NCBI GenBank assembly: GCA_040877595.1
Contig: JBBDNM010000073.1
Location: forward strand, 1 to 44,087
From: Gemmatimonadales bacterium
GTDB lineage: Bacteria > Gemmatimonadota > Gemmatimonadetes > Gemmatimonadales > GWC2-71-9
Reading direction: 5' to 3'
Length of the DNA stretch: 44,087 nucleotides
The position numbers were made by a program, and so were the translations under genes. Positions within the stretch are counted from its first letter, which is position 1. The number at the start of each line of letters is the position of its first letter. The notes below the pieces were generated by a model. That model had not been told where the DNA came from. It saw nothing but the letters and a program-made list of their open reading frames with translations, and searched no databases. Below, one piece after another: positions 17,467-26,468 of the stretch.

Positions 17467-18792
17467 TCAGTCGCGCCACCGGGCCACTCCGCGGCTGGCG
17501 GCGAGACCAGCCAATCCGAACGCCACAGCGGCCATAGCGTAGGCCACCACGGTCGGAAGTGTGACGGACAACACGCCAACGCCCACCAGGACAAACGTGA
17601 CCGCACCCGCCAGGCCGCGCTGGGCGCCCCCGGCTACCTGACGGAGGGTCCGTACCGCCCGACGCGGCAGTTCGCGGGCCGGGCGCCGCTTCCGTCGCCG
17701 CGCCGACGCCACGACGGCGGGCGGCAACGCCGTTGTCAGGCGCGGTGCCCGCAGGATGACCTCGACTGACTGGCTGATATCGCGACGAAATGCGTGCGCA
17801 GCCTCGGTGGCCATTGTCGGGTCGTCGACCAGTGCGTCCAATTCCCAGTTACCCATCAGGCTGGAGGGGTTCAGGTTGCTCGATCCGACCTTGACGTACC
17901 GTCCGTCCACCACGGCGGTCTTGCTGTGCAGCATGGGACCGTGCCACTCCCAGATCCGGACACCAGCGATCAAGAGCTCGCGGTAGCCGACGCGCGTAAA
18001 CGTACGCACCACTGGAAGGTCAGAATGTCCGGGAACCATCAGTCGTACGTCCACGCCGTCGCGGACAGCCGCGATCAAGGCGCGAACCAGGCTTGGCGGG
18101 GCGACAAAATACGCATCCGTGATCCACATCTGACGCTCGACAATGGCGGCGAGATATTCCATGGTGCGGTGCAGGCGAAACGCGCCCGGTGTGCCTTCGA
18201 TAATCCTGAGTTCGGCGGTGCCCGCGGGTGGGGCGGCCGATCCGTCCAGCGTGATCGGGTCGCCACCCATCGCGACCCAGGCCTCGGCGAATCCTGCGTC
18301 GAGCACCCGCACGGCCGGTCCGCGCACACCCAAGGCCACGTCGCGCCACGCCTCTTCGCCGTCCCACGAGTCGGCAATGCAGACGCCTCCAAGCACGGCG
18401 TCGGTGCCGTCCACCACGCACAGCTTCCGATGATCCCGTTGCAGGAGGCGGAGTGGGTGGGCGAGGGAGGGCCGATTGGCTGCGCGTACGTGACAGCCGG
18501 CCGCGAGGAGATCGCGCCAGAACCAGAAGGGCGTACTGCGACTTCCCAGCCAGTCGTACAGGATACGGACGATCACGCCGCGGCGCGCGGCGTCAGTGAA
18601 CAGCTGCGCGAACCCTCGCCCAGTGGCGTCCGCGGTCACGATGTAGTTCTCGAAGTGGACCGTGTGGCGGGCGTTGGCTATGGCGTGACGCATGACCGCG
18701 AGGGCGGCCGGCGCATCCAGCAGGGATGCCGCATTGCCCGCGACCGGGCGTGATCCGGTGGCGCGGTCCAGCGCGCGGTCAGGGTTGGCCAA
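17467..18792 (-). CDS. cls: Cardiolipin synthase / phospholipase D family (ClsB-like) with C-terminal TM segments
   Basis: Two HKD motifs (HRKLCVVD, HSKTAVVD), WRD, AYFVA and GSSNL. Confidence 0.88.
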   Translation of the reverse strand: MANPDRALDRATGSRPVAGNAASLLDAPAALAVMRHAIANARHTVHFENYIVTADATGRGFAQLFTDAARRGVIVRILYDWLGSRSTPFWFWRDLLAAGCHVRAANRPSLAHPLRLLQRDHRKLCVVDGTDAVLGGVCIADSWDGEEAWRDVALGVRGPAVRVLDAGFAEAWVAMGGDPITLDGSAAPPAGTAELRIIEGTPGAFRLHRTMEYLAAIVERQMWITDAYFVAPPSLVRALIAAVRDGVDVRLMVPGHSDLPVVRTFTRVGYRELLIAGVRIWEWHGPMLHSKTAVVDGRYVKVGSSNLNPSSLMGNWELDALVDDPTMATEAAHAFRRDISQSVEVILRAPRLTTALPPAVVASARRRKRRPARELPRRAVRTLRQVAGGAQRGLAGAVTFVLVGVGVLSVTLPTVVAYAMAAVAFGLAGLAASRGVARWRD

Positions 18793-19354
18793 GACCGAGC
18801 CGAGCCTCGTGCGGACGCAGGGCCTCGATCAGGAAGCCGATGTGTTCATCCAGCGGAACCCCCATTTCCTCGACGCCGCGCGCGATATCTTCGCGGCTCA
18901 CACCGCGCGCGAACGCCTTGTCCTTGAGCTTCTTCTTGACGCTCCTCACCTCGAGATCGTTAAGGCTCCTGGACGGCCGCACCAGGGCGCAGGCCACGAG
19001 GAAGCCGCACAGTTCGTCCACGGCGAACAGGATCTTGGCCATGGGCGTGGCGCGGGGGACCCCGCAGTACGTCGCATGGCCGAGGATGGCCTGGCAGGAC
19101 GCTTCCGGAAACCCCCGTTCGCGGAGCAGACGGACCCCCCACGCCGGGTGTTCGTCGTCGGCTTTGTGCTCGGGGTTGGGATACCGCTCGTAGTCGAAAT
19201 CGTGCAACAGGCCGACGAGTCCCCACGCTGCTTCGTCGGCGCCCAGCTTGCGCGCATAGGCACGCATGGCGAGCTCGACCGCGTACATGTGCTTGCGGAG
19301 GGCATCCGAGGGGGTGAACTCGTGCATCAGGGCCAGCGCGTCGTCATACGTCAT
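18779..19354 (-). CDS. HD-domain metal-dependent phosphohydrolase
   Basis: LRKH, GLLHDFDYE, AILGH, DELCG and KKKLKDKAFARGV. Confidence 0.9.
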   Translation of the reverse strand: MTYDDALALMHEFTPSDALRKHMYAVELAMRAYARKLGADEAAWGLVGLLHDFDYERYPNPEHKADDEHPAWGVRLLRERGFPEASCQAILGHATYCGVPRATPMAKILFAVDELCGFLVACALVRPSRSLNDLEVRSVKKKLKDKAFARGVSREDIARGVEEMGVPLDEHIGFLIEALRPHEARLGLGQP

Positions 19355-19406
19355 GGGGCGGTGTTCTCCGCGAATGGTTCCTGTAAGGATAAGGGGACCG
19401 TACGCG

Positions 19407-19424
19407 GCGTGCGATGACGCACGC
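19407..19424. other. Perfect 7-bp hairpin downstream of the asnB-like gene
   Basis: GCGTGCG-ATGA-CGCACGC. No clear U-tract, so not called a terminator. Confidence 0.4.
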
Positions 19425-19448
19425 TCTGGCTGGGCTGAATGCCACGGT

Positions 19449-21242
19449 TCAGGTCAAGCTGCCCGCGCATTCGCGCCACCGTTCAAACGTGAAGAGCGTC
19501 CACAGCGCCCGGCTGTGGTCGGCGGTGCGGGCGCGATGTTCCGCGAGCATGGAAGTGACCGCATCGGAGCGCACGAGTCCCAACGCGTCAAGGCGCTCCC
19601 GACGGAACAGGCGGTCGGCTTCCTCCCGCAAGGCACCATTCAGCAGGCCTCCCACGGGCACCGTCATGCCACGCTTCGTGCGCCGCAACACGTATGCAGG
19701 TACCCGCGTTCGCGCGAGCGCGCGCAGGAGCCGTTTTCCCCGCCACCCCACGTGAGTTGCCGCACCGGCCCGCCGCGCCAGCCGCACCACCCCGGGATGG
19801 AGGAACGGCACTCGACCTTCGAGACCGACCCGCATGGTGGCCCGGTCGAACTTGACCAGCAGGCGCTCGCGGAGCCACAGCGTACGGTCGAACTCCATGA
19901 TCTCGTCGAGGATGTCGGTGCACGGCGCACGGTGCACGGTGCACGGGCTGGTCAGGGCGTGGGGTGGCATTGCACCACTGAACCACGCAATGTGGCGCTC
20001 GATCGCCGGCTTGCGGGCTTCTTCCAGGAATCGTCGTACCAGGAAGGATGTGGTTAGCCGCCGATCGCCGGACCGAGGACGGAACCACCGGGCACCGTGC
20101 ACCGTGCACCATGCCACAAAGGGAATCTCGGCCAACCGATGCGCCAGATACGTAGGATAGCCGCCGAAGAGCTCGTCGGCACCCTCGCCGGAGAGCACGA
20201 CCGTGACATCCTGACGGGTGCGCTCGGCGAGAAGAATCGTGGGCAACAGGGCCGGGTCCGCGATGGGTTCGCCGAGGGTGCGGGCGATGTCGAGGGCGCG
20301 AAGCAGGTCGGCGGTGCCGGCTTCCACCTCGGTGAGTGGCAGGCCGAGGTCGCGCGCCACGCGACGGGCCATTGGGCGCTCATCGTATGAACTCTCGGGA
20401 AAGCCCACGCAGAACGCCGGCATGCCGGGCTGGTGCCTCGCTGCGGCCTGGGCGACCAGGGACGAATCGAGCCCGCCACTCAGGAACACGCCGATCGGGA
20501 CATCCGACTGCAACTCGGCGGCGACCGCGTCGTCAAAGGCCTGCGCCAGTTCGGACGGCGCGACGGGAGCGTATTCGACCGGGTCCTCGGCATCATACCG
20601 TACGATCTGCACGCCGGATGGCGTGAACACCACCGCGCATCCCGCCGGCACCTTGCGCACACCGGCGAAAAGGGTGCGGGGTTCGCGCACGACGCCGAGG
20701 GCCAACTGGTCGCGCGCGGCGTCGAGGTCGAGCGCGATGGCCAACTGCGGGTGATGCCGCAGGGGTTCGGGGGCCGAGGCAAACCAGACCTCGCTGCCAA
20801 CGTGCGTATAAAACAGGGGCTTTTCACCGTGGACGTCCCGGGCCAGCACGAGGGTGCGCGTGTCGGGTGCCCACCACGCCAGTCCGAACATCCCCTCGAC
20901 GGCGCGCAGGCCGACGGGGCCGTGCTGGTCGAGGATCGGTAGCAGCGTCTCGCCGTCCGTGCGCGACCTGAAGGGATGACCAGCGAATCGGCGGCGCAGG
21001 TCGGGCGCGTTGTAGATCTCGCCGTTGACGGCAAGGACATGGCGCTGGTGCGTGAACGGTTGATCCGCCTCAGGGCGGGGATCGACGATACGGAGCCGAT
21101 GGACGCCGATGATGGCCTCAGGCAACGTATGGACATGGTGGGCGTCCGGGCCGCGCGGCTGGACGCTGGTCGCAAGCCGATCGGCGCGTTCAGGCCACCG
21201 CAATGCCCCCGCGAGGGCGACCATGCCGTAGATGCCGCACAC
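19449..21242 (-). CDS. asnB: Asparagine synthetase (glutamine-hydrolysing)-like amidotransferase
   Basis: N-terminal MCGI, RGPD, NGEIYN, LSGGLDSS, SGEGADELFGGY and E.RVPFL. Confidence 0.88.
   Translation of the reverse strand: MCGIYGMVALAGALRWPERADRLATSVQPRGPDAHHVHTLPEAIIGVHRLRIVDPRPEADQPFTHQRHVLAVNGEIYNAPDLRRRFAGHPFRSRTDGETLLPILDQHGPVGLRAVEGMFGLAWWAPDTRTLVLARDVHGEKPLFYTHVGSEVWFASAPEPLRHHPQLAIALDLDAARDQLALGVVREPRTLFAGVRKVPAGCAVVFTPSGVQIVRYDAEDPVEYAPVAPSELAQAFDDAVAAELQSDVPIGVFLSGGLDSSLVAQAAARHQPGMPAFCVGFPESSYDERPMARRVARDLGLPLTEVEAGTADLLRALDIARTLGEPIADPALLPTILLAERTRQDVTVVLSGEGADELFGGYPTYLAHRLAEIPFVAWCTVHGARWFRPRSGDRRLTTSFLVRRFLEEARKPAIERHIAWFSGAMPPHALTSPCTVHRAPCTDILDEIMEFDRTLWLRERLLVKFDRATMRVGLEGRVPFLHPGVVRLARRAGAATHVGWRGKRLLRALARTRVPAYVLRRTKRGMTVPVGGLLNGALREEADRLFRRERLDALGLVRSDAVTSMLAEHRARTADHSRALWTLFTFERWRECAGSLT
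19916..19946. repeat. Heptamer array (GGTGCAC)x4 in frame inside asnB
   Basis: ggtgcac ggcgcac ggtgcac ggtgcac, translated as PCTVHRAPCT. Confidence 0.9.
20086..20111. repeat. Heptamer array (TGCACCG)x3, inverted relative to 19916-19946, inside asnB
   Basis: ggcaccg tgcaccg tgcacca, translated as WCTVHGARW. Confidence 0.88.
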
Positions 21243-21362
21243 TTACGATCCTCGCCGACCCGACTTGGCCGACGTTGCCCACGGCTTGCCGGTGGCTTTG
21301 GGGGGCTTGGGAGTGGCCGGCTTGATCTTCTTGATTTGGGGTTTGCCGCGTTTGCGTGGCAT
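21243..21362 (-). CDS. Putative 39-aa Lys/Pro-rich basic small protein
   Basis: MPRKRGKPQIKKIKPATPKPPKATGKPWATSAKSGRRGS. Fills the gap between the kinase stop and the asnB start; its TAA directly abuts the GTG. Confidence 0.6.
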   Translation of the reverse strand: MPRKRGKPQIKKIKPATPKPPKATGKPWATSAKSGRRGS

Positions 21363-21373
21363 CCCAGTGGCCG

Positions 21374-24349
21374 TCAACGGCCGAGCGACTGGAGGGTCTC
21401 GCGTGCGCGGCGCACCCACTTGAACCCGGAGTCGGCTTCCGACCACACGTCGAGGGCCGCCTGCACCTCGCGCCGCGCATCCTCACGACGGCCCATGTCG
21501 CGGTAGAGCAGCCCGAGCTGGTATCGCGTGAGTGGATCGGACGGGCGAACGCGCAGGGCTTCCTGGAACAGCGCCAACGCGCGGTCGTGGTTGCCGAGGC
21601 CACGGTGCGCCTGTCCGAGCTGGCGATTCACCGTCCAGTCGCCGGGGTTGAGCGACTGCTCGTCCTGCCAGCGCTCGAGAGCCTGCTGGTACTCGCCGCG
21701 CAGGTAGTGCGCGAGCCCGCGCGCGTAGACCACGTTTGGTTGGAACGCCGCGATGCCAAGGGTGGCGATGGCGCGTTCGAGTCCTGCGGCGGCGCTGTCG
21801 AGCCGGACCGGATCCTCGAGTTCCACGGCTATGGAGACATGCGCGAGGGGCAGGAACGCGTCGAGTGGAGGTTGCAGGGCCTCGCCGTATTGCGTCAGTA
21901 GGCGGAACGCCTGCGCCGTGTCGCCCGCGGCGATGTGGTGGCCGAGCGTAAAGAGGGTCCGCAGTTGGGTCTGCACGGGCGCGGAGAACCGAGCCTGCAG
22001 GTTGAGGCCCTGCACGCCGACGGTCAGGGCTTGGCGCATCTGGCCCCGTGTCCGGTGATAGTTCTCGATGGCCCCGAGCGCGGCGACACTATCCTGTGCG
22101 TTGCGGGCATCGGCCAGCGTGCGCTGGTAGGTGGTCAGGGCGGCCGCGAAGTTGCCCAGGCCCAGGTCAATGTTGGCGAGGCGAAGCCGGAGTGTCACGT
22201 CGTCCGGGTTGGTGAGGAGACCGCGCTCATAGGCGTCCCGGCCCGCGCCATGGTTGCCGCGCTCGCGCTGCAGGTCGCCGGTCTCGATGAAGCCACGGCG
22301 GTCGCGCGGATTCGCGTCGGTGTACCGTTCGAGCGTGGTGAGAGCGGCGTCGTAGTTGCCCTGCGAGCGGTGCAAATTGGCGATAACCAGCAAGTAGTCG
22401 TGTTGCCCGGGGTCCAGTTCGAGAATCCGCTCGTAGGTCCGGATGGCGTCGTCGCGTTGATCCCGGAGCACTTGGATCTGTCCCAAGGCCGCGAGGGCGA
22501 GCAGGTCGGTGGGGAACAGCTCGGCGTTCATCTCAATGACGGCGTAGGCGCGGTCCTGCTCTCCGCGGATCTCGTACCACGCCGAGCGGACCTGGTTCTG
22601 AATGCGCTCCGGCAACCGGTAGATGTGGTCCATCGCGGCCTGAAGGGCAGCCGCGCCATCCTGCGGCCGTCCCTGAAACAGCCGCACGGCATACAGCTGG
22701 AACTGTGCGATCGTGTATGTCGGGTCCTCGGCCACGGCACGCTCCGCATGCGCGGCGCCCGCGGTGTAGTCGTCGGCCACGGTCAGGGCCTGGATCCCCC
22801 GGCCGAGATGGGCGAAGGCCGTGGGTGAGGACGTCAGGAGTTCGCTGGCCGGGAGGTCGCGCAGCTCGCCCCGGTAGCCCTCCGGCACCTGCACCGTGCC
22901 GCTCACCGCCTCGGTGATGGGATCAATCAGGTCGAGCGGGTTGGCGCTCCGCAGGGTGCCCTGGCGCAAAGCGTTGCCGCTTGCGGTCTCGTACAGCGTG
23001 TAGTCCACGACGTACTCGCCGCCTTCGCGGCGCACCTGGCCACGCAGGAACTGCTCGCGGAACTGCTCACGCGCGATGTCACGCGCGAGCGCATTGGGCA
23101 GACCGGTCAGCGTCGGGAATCCGTCGCGACGCACGCGATCCCGTACGTGAGCCGGATCGCGCACATCCAGAAACATGTTCTGCAGGAGGTCCACACCGAC
23201 GGCCGAGGGCAGAGCATACGCCAGCCAGGCCGTGGCGGTGTCGTTCCGGTCGTGATCGAAGAAAAAGATCCCTACACGGCGTCGCGCCTCGGCACGCGGA
23301 ATAGTACGCTGGATCGTGTTGCCGTCCGCGTCGATGACCGTCACCTCCATCGTGGCCGCATCGAGCGTACGACCGCGCAGGAGGTAACCGCCGACCGCCA
23401 CCGCCCCCAACAGGACGACGGCCGCCGCCACTCGCGGCAGCGTGCCCAGGGCCTTCCGTCGGGTGTCGAGGGCGCGCACCGCGCCGGAAGATGGCGTGAT
23501 TTGCCGAGAGCCCCCCAGCGCCAGCGCCTCGCTCATCGCCGTGGCGGTGGAGAACCGGTCCGCCGGGACCTTGGCGAGCGACTGCGTGATCACGGCCTCG
23601 ATTCCCTCCGGGACCGTCGGCCGCGCCGGGCGCAGCGGTGGCACCGGATCCATGGCATGGCGGGCCATCACCTCGCGGCTGTTGCGGCCGTCAAAGGGCG
23701 GCCGGCCTGCCAGCATCTCGTACAGGACGCATCCCAGGGCATAGATGTCGGATCGTCCGTCGACATGAGCATCACCTGCCGCTTGCTCGGGGCTCATGTA
23801 GGCGGGTGTGCCGATGGCCATGCCGGTCTGCGTGATCTGGGTGAACTGGTCGCCCGCAGCATCTACGGCACGCGCGATGCCGAAGTCCGCCACGACGGGC
23901 CGCCCCGACAGAAAGAGAATGTTCTCGGGCTTGATGTCGCGATGGACCACACCCACACTGTGCGCGTGTCCCAGGGCGTCGGCCACTTCGCGCGCGATGG
24001 CGATGGCCTCGTCCACGGGGAGCTGCGCTTCGCGACTCAGGCGATCGCGGAGGGAGCCGCCCTCGACGAACGGCATGACGTAGTACAGGACGCCGACGGC
24101 CTCGCCGGAGTCGTACAGCGGCAGAATGTTGGGATGGTTCAGGACGGCGGCCGTGCGGATCTCCCGCAGGAATCGTTCCGTGCCGAGTTGTGCGCTCAGT
24201 TCATGGCCCATCACCTTGATGGCGACGCGCCGCCCATGGCGCAGGTCCTTCGCGAGGAACACGGTGGCCATGCCCCCGCGGCCGAGTTCTTTCTCGAGGG
24301 CGTAGCGGTCGGCCAGGGCGTCACGGAGGCGGCTGAGCAGGTCCGTCAT
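21374..24349 (-). CDS. Ser/Thr protein kinase with TM helix and long C-terminal TPR region
   Basis: LGRGGMATV, HRDIKPEN, DFG and GTPAYMSPEQ; TM; multiple TPR repeats. ATG at 24349. Confidence 0.93.
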   Translation of the reverse strand: MTDLLSRLRDALADRYALEKELGRGGMATVFLAKDLRHGRRVAIKVMGHELSAQLGTERFLREIRTAAVLNHPNILPLYDSGEAVGVLYYVMPFVEGGSLRDRLSREAQLPVDEAIAIAREVADALGHAHSVGVVHRDIKPENILFLSGRPVVADFGIARAVDAAGDQFTQITQTGMAIGTPAYMSPEQAAGDAHVDGRSDIYALGCVLYEMLAGRPPFDGRNSREVMARHAMDPVPPLRPARPTVPEGIEAVITQSLAKVPADRFSTATAMSEALALGGSRQITPSSGAVRALDTRRKALGTLPRVAAAVVLLGAVAVGGYLLRGRTLDAATMEVTVIDADGNTIQRTIPRAEARRRVGIFFFDHDRNDTATAWLAYALPSAVGVDLLQNMFLDVRDPAHVRDRVRRDGFPTLTGLPNALARDIAREQFREQFLRGQVRREGGEYVVDYTLYETASGNALRQGTLRSANPLDLIDPITEAVSGTVQVPEGYRGELRDLPASELLTSSPTAFAHLGRGIQALTVADDYTAGAAHAERAVAEDPTYTIAQFQLYAVRLFQGRPQDGAAALQAAMDHIYRLPERIQNQVRSAWYEIRGEQDRAYAVIEMNAELFPTDLLALAALGQIQVLRDQRDDAIRTYERILELDPGQHDYLLVIANLHRSQGNYDAALTTLERYTDANPRDRRGFIETGDLQRERGNHGAGRDAYERGLLTNPDDVTLRLRLANIDLGLGNFAAALTTYQRTLADARNAQDSVAALGAIENYHRTRGQMRQALTVGVQGLNLQARFSAPVQTQLRTLFTLGHHIAAGDTAQAFRLLTQYGEALQPPLDAFLPLAHVSIAVELEDPVRLDSAAAGLERAIATLGIAAFQPNVVYARGLAHYLRGEYQQALERWQDEQSLNPGDWTVNRQLGQAHRGLGNHDRALALFQEALRVRPSDPLTRYQLGLLYRDMGRREDARREVQAALDVWSEADSGFKWVRRARETLQSLGR

Positions 24350-24357
24350 AGTCGGTT

Positions 24358-26031
24358 CTAATGATACGCCATCGCCAGCCCACCGCCACCACACGGGCCA
24401 TACACCGCGTACCGTCCCGTCTCAGCGAGGAACGGCAGAGCGCTGGCGAGTTCGGTGCGCGTGAGCGGATCGTTGGCGGACACCACAAAGATCCGTGGCC
24501 GTGCGCAGGAAAGAATCGCGCGCTGCCACCAGAGGCCCGACCGGAGAGGTGACTCAGGCCATGCCTGGGCAGCCTCGCGATTGCGCGTCACCCAGTTGCT
24601 GGTGAGCACCTCGGGCCGATCGGTGCTGACGGTGATCTGCCTGCCGAGGTAGAACCCCAGGCCCGGCGGCCATGCGTCCACGCCCACGACGTCGGTTTCC
24701 TCGGTGAGGACCGGCGTCATGACGGTGGCCAGTCCCGCGGCCGAGCGGTCGTCAGCGATGGCTATCATCAGCGGGCCAGCGATGAACGGAATCACGGCGA
24801 CCGGTGCGGCGAGCGCGAGCAGGACTTTCTCCCGTTGATCGCTCAGTGCGTACACGGCCGAGCCGCCCATCAGCAGGGCGACACCCAACCACAGGGCGGT
24901 GCTGGGAATGACGGTGGCGACTTCGGGTGTCGTTTCAAACAATTCGACCAGGCGATCACGGAATCCCACGAGGCCCGCCCCAATCAGGATGAGGACGTTG
25001 GCGGCAACGCGGGTTCCCGCCAGCGTCTCGCCGTCGGCGTGCCATACGCGCGCCGCCAGCAACGTGATCGCCGGAATCAGCGGCAGGATGTATTGCGGGC
25101 GCTTCGACTGGGCAAGCGTGAAGAAGATCAACGGCACGATGATCCAGATAAGCAGGAACATCGTTCGACCGTCGCGTTCGCGTACCAGATCGCGCAACTG
25201 CTTCGGTGCGCCGAGGACCAGGGCGGACCATGGAAGTGCCGCCGCCGGCAGGATGGGCAGGAAGTACCAGAACGGGCCTGAACGTCCGACGTCGTCCGTG
25301 GCGAACCGTTGGGCGGTTTCCACGAGCAGGACGTATTCCATGTATCCAGGTACGTGCCCGCCCATGGCCCAGACCCACGGCAAGATCATCGCGACGGCTG
25401 CCAGGATGCCGACAGGGTCGAGCACCGCTTTCCAGCGTCCTTCGCCGCACCATACCGCCCACGGCAACACCACCATGAACGGGAAGACGAGCACGACGGG
25501 TCCTTTGGTGAGCAGGCCGCCCGCGATGCCGGCCCACGCCAGCAGGGACCATGCCCAGCCCTTGGGCGTGTGCATGGCGCGCCAGAACCCGTACATCGCC
25601 ACCAGCACCCAGAACACGACGGCCGCATCGAAAATCACAACGCGTGCGTAGGCCACCGCGAATGGCGTGGCGAGGAACGCGAGGGTGGCTGTCCAGGCGC
25701 CGTCTTCGTCGAACATCCGGCGCGCGAGCAGCCAGAGCATCGCCGCCGCCGCAATGGTAAACAACAGGGAAGGAAACCGTGCCGCCGTTTCGGTGGGACC
25801 GAACACCTTCATGGCCGCGGCACCCACACCGAAATAGATGACCGGTTTGTCGAGATACGGCAGCCCGTTGAGTTGGGGCAGCACCCATTCGCCCTGCTCG
25901 GCCATCTCCCGCATCACAGTGGCGTTGCGGCCTTCATCCGGGTCCAGCAGCGCCCAGCCATCCAGGTTGAAGGCCAGGGCGCTCAGCAGGAGGGCGGCTG
26001 CCGCCGCGTACCACAGGTCGGCGCGGCGCAT
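24358..26031 (-). CDS. ArnT/PMT-family (GT-C) membrane glycosyltransferase
   Basis: DPDEGRN, LNGLPYLDKP, ARFPS, LTKGP, SKRPQYILP and many TM helices. Confidence 0.9.
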   Translation of the reverse strand: MRRADLWYAAAAALLLSALAFNLDGWALLDPDEGRNATVMREMAEQGEWVLPQLNGLPYLDKPVIYFGVGAAAMKVFGPTETAARFPSLLFTIAAAAMLWLLARRMFDEDGAWTATLAFLATPFAVAYARVVIFDAAVVFWVLVAMYGFWRAMHTPKGWAWSLLAWAGIAGGLLTKGPVVLVFPFMVVLPWAVWCGEGRWKAVLDPVGILAAVAMILPWVWAMGGHVPGYMEYVLLVETAQRFATDDVGRSGPFWYFLPILPAAALPWSALVLGAPKQLRDLVRERDGRTMFLLIWIIVPLIFFTLAQSKRPQYILPLIPAITLLAARVWHADGETLAGTRVAANVLILIGAGLVGFRDRLVELFETTPEVATVIPSTALWLGVALLMGGSAVYALSDQREKVLLALAAPVAVIPFIAGPLMIAIADDRSAAGLATVMTPVLTEETDVVGVDAWPPGLGFYLGRQITVSTDRPEVLTSNWVTRNREAAQAWPESPLRSGLWWQRAILSCARPRIFVVSANDPLTRTELASALPFLAETGRYAVYGPCGGGGLAMAYH

Positions 26032-26468
26032 CAGTGCAATCCGGAGGCCGATGGAGGTTGGTTAGGCGCGCGGCCGGGGGTGGCTTCGCTCACGGTGAGG
26101 GGCACGGTCGCAGCAAGCTCGCCGTCCACGGTCACCTCGAATCGATACCGGCCCGCCTGCGCGAGGGGCACGTCAAACGCGAGCACGGCCCCGGCCTCAA
26201 TCTCGAGGACGCCTGCCACGGGTTCCGCGAACGTGACCGTGCCGTTGCCGTGCAGGATCTCGCTGTCCGCGTTGTCCAGCAGCCGGATCAGGACCGGGTG
26301 CTCGCCGATCTCGGTCCGCTTGCCCTTCAACCGAAGCACCAGGTGCAGGCGAGGGTGCACGGTGGGGAAGCGGGCCACCCAGATATGCTGGAAGATGCCC
26401 AGCACCGAGAGCTTGCCGTGCTGGTCTACGATTGCATAGTCACACACCACCGCAAAGTCGACAATCAT
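26031..26468 (-). CDS. Conserved hypothetical beta-sandwich protein (DUF6941-like)
   Basis: CDYA...GKLSVLGIF and GRYRFEVTVDG; translationally coupled on both sides. Confidence 0.75.
   Translation of the reverse strand: MIVDFAVVCDYAIVDQHGKLSVLGIFQHIWVARFPTVHPRLHLVLRLKGKRTEIGEHPVLIRLLDNADSEILHGNGTVTFAEPVAGVLEIEAGAVLAFDVPLAQAGRYRFEVTVDGELAATVPLTVSEATPGRAPNQPPSASGLH

Noticed and set aside
19368-19424. Riboswitch or intrinsic terminator between asnB and the HD gene
   Set aside because: Hairpins are present, but there is no U-tract or recognisable aptamer, and the longer stem pairs well only on the non-coding strand.
19449-21362. Lasso peptide cluster (small ORF plus asparagine-synthetase-like cyclase)
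   Set aside because: The enzyme has an intact N-terminal Cys glutaminase domain, there are no B1/B2 (RRE/protease) genes, and the peptide has no Asp/Glu for macrolactam formation.
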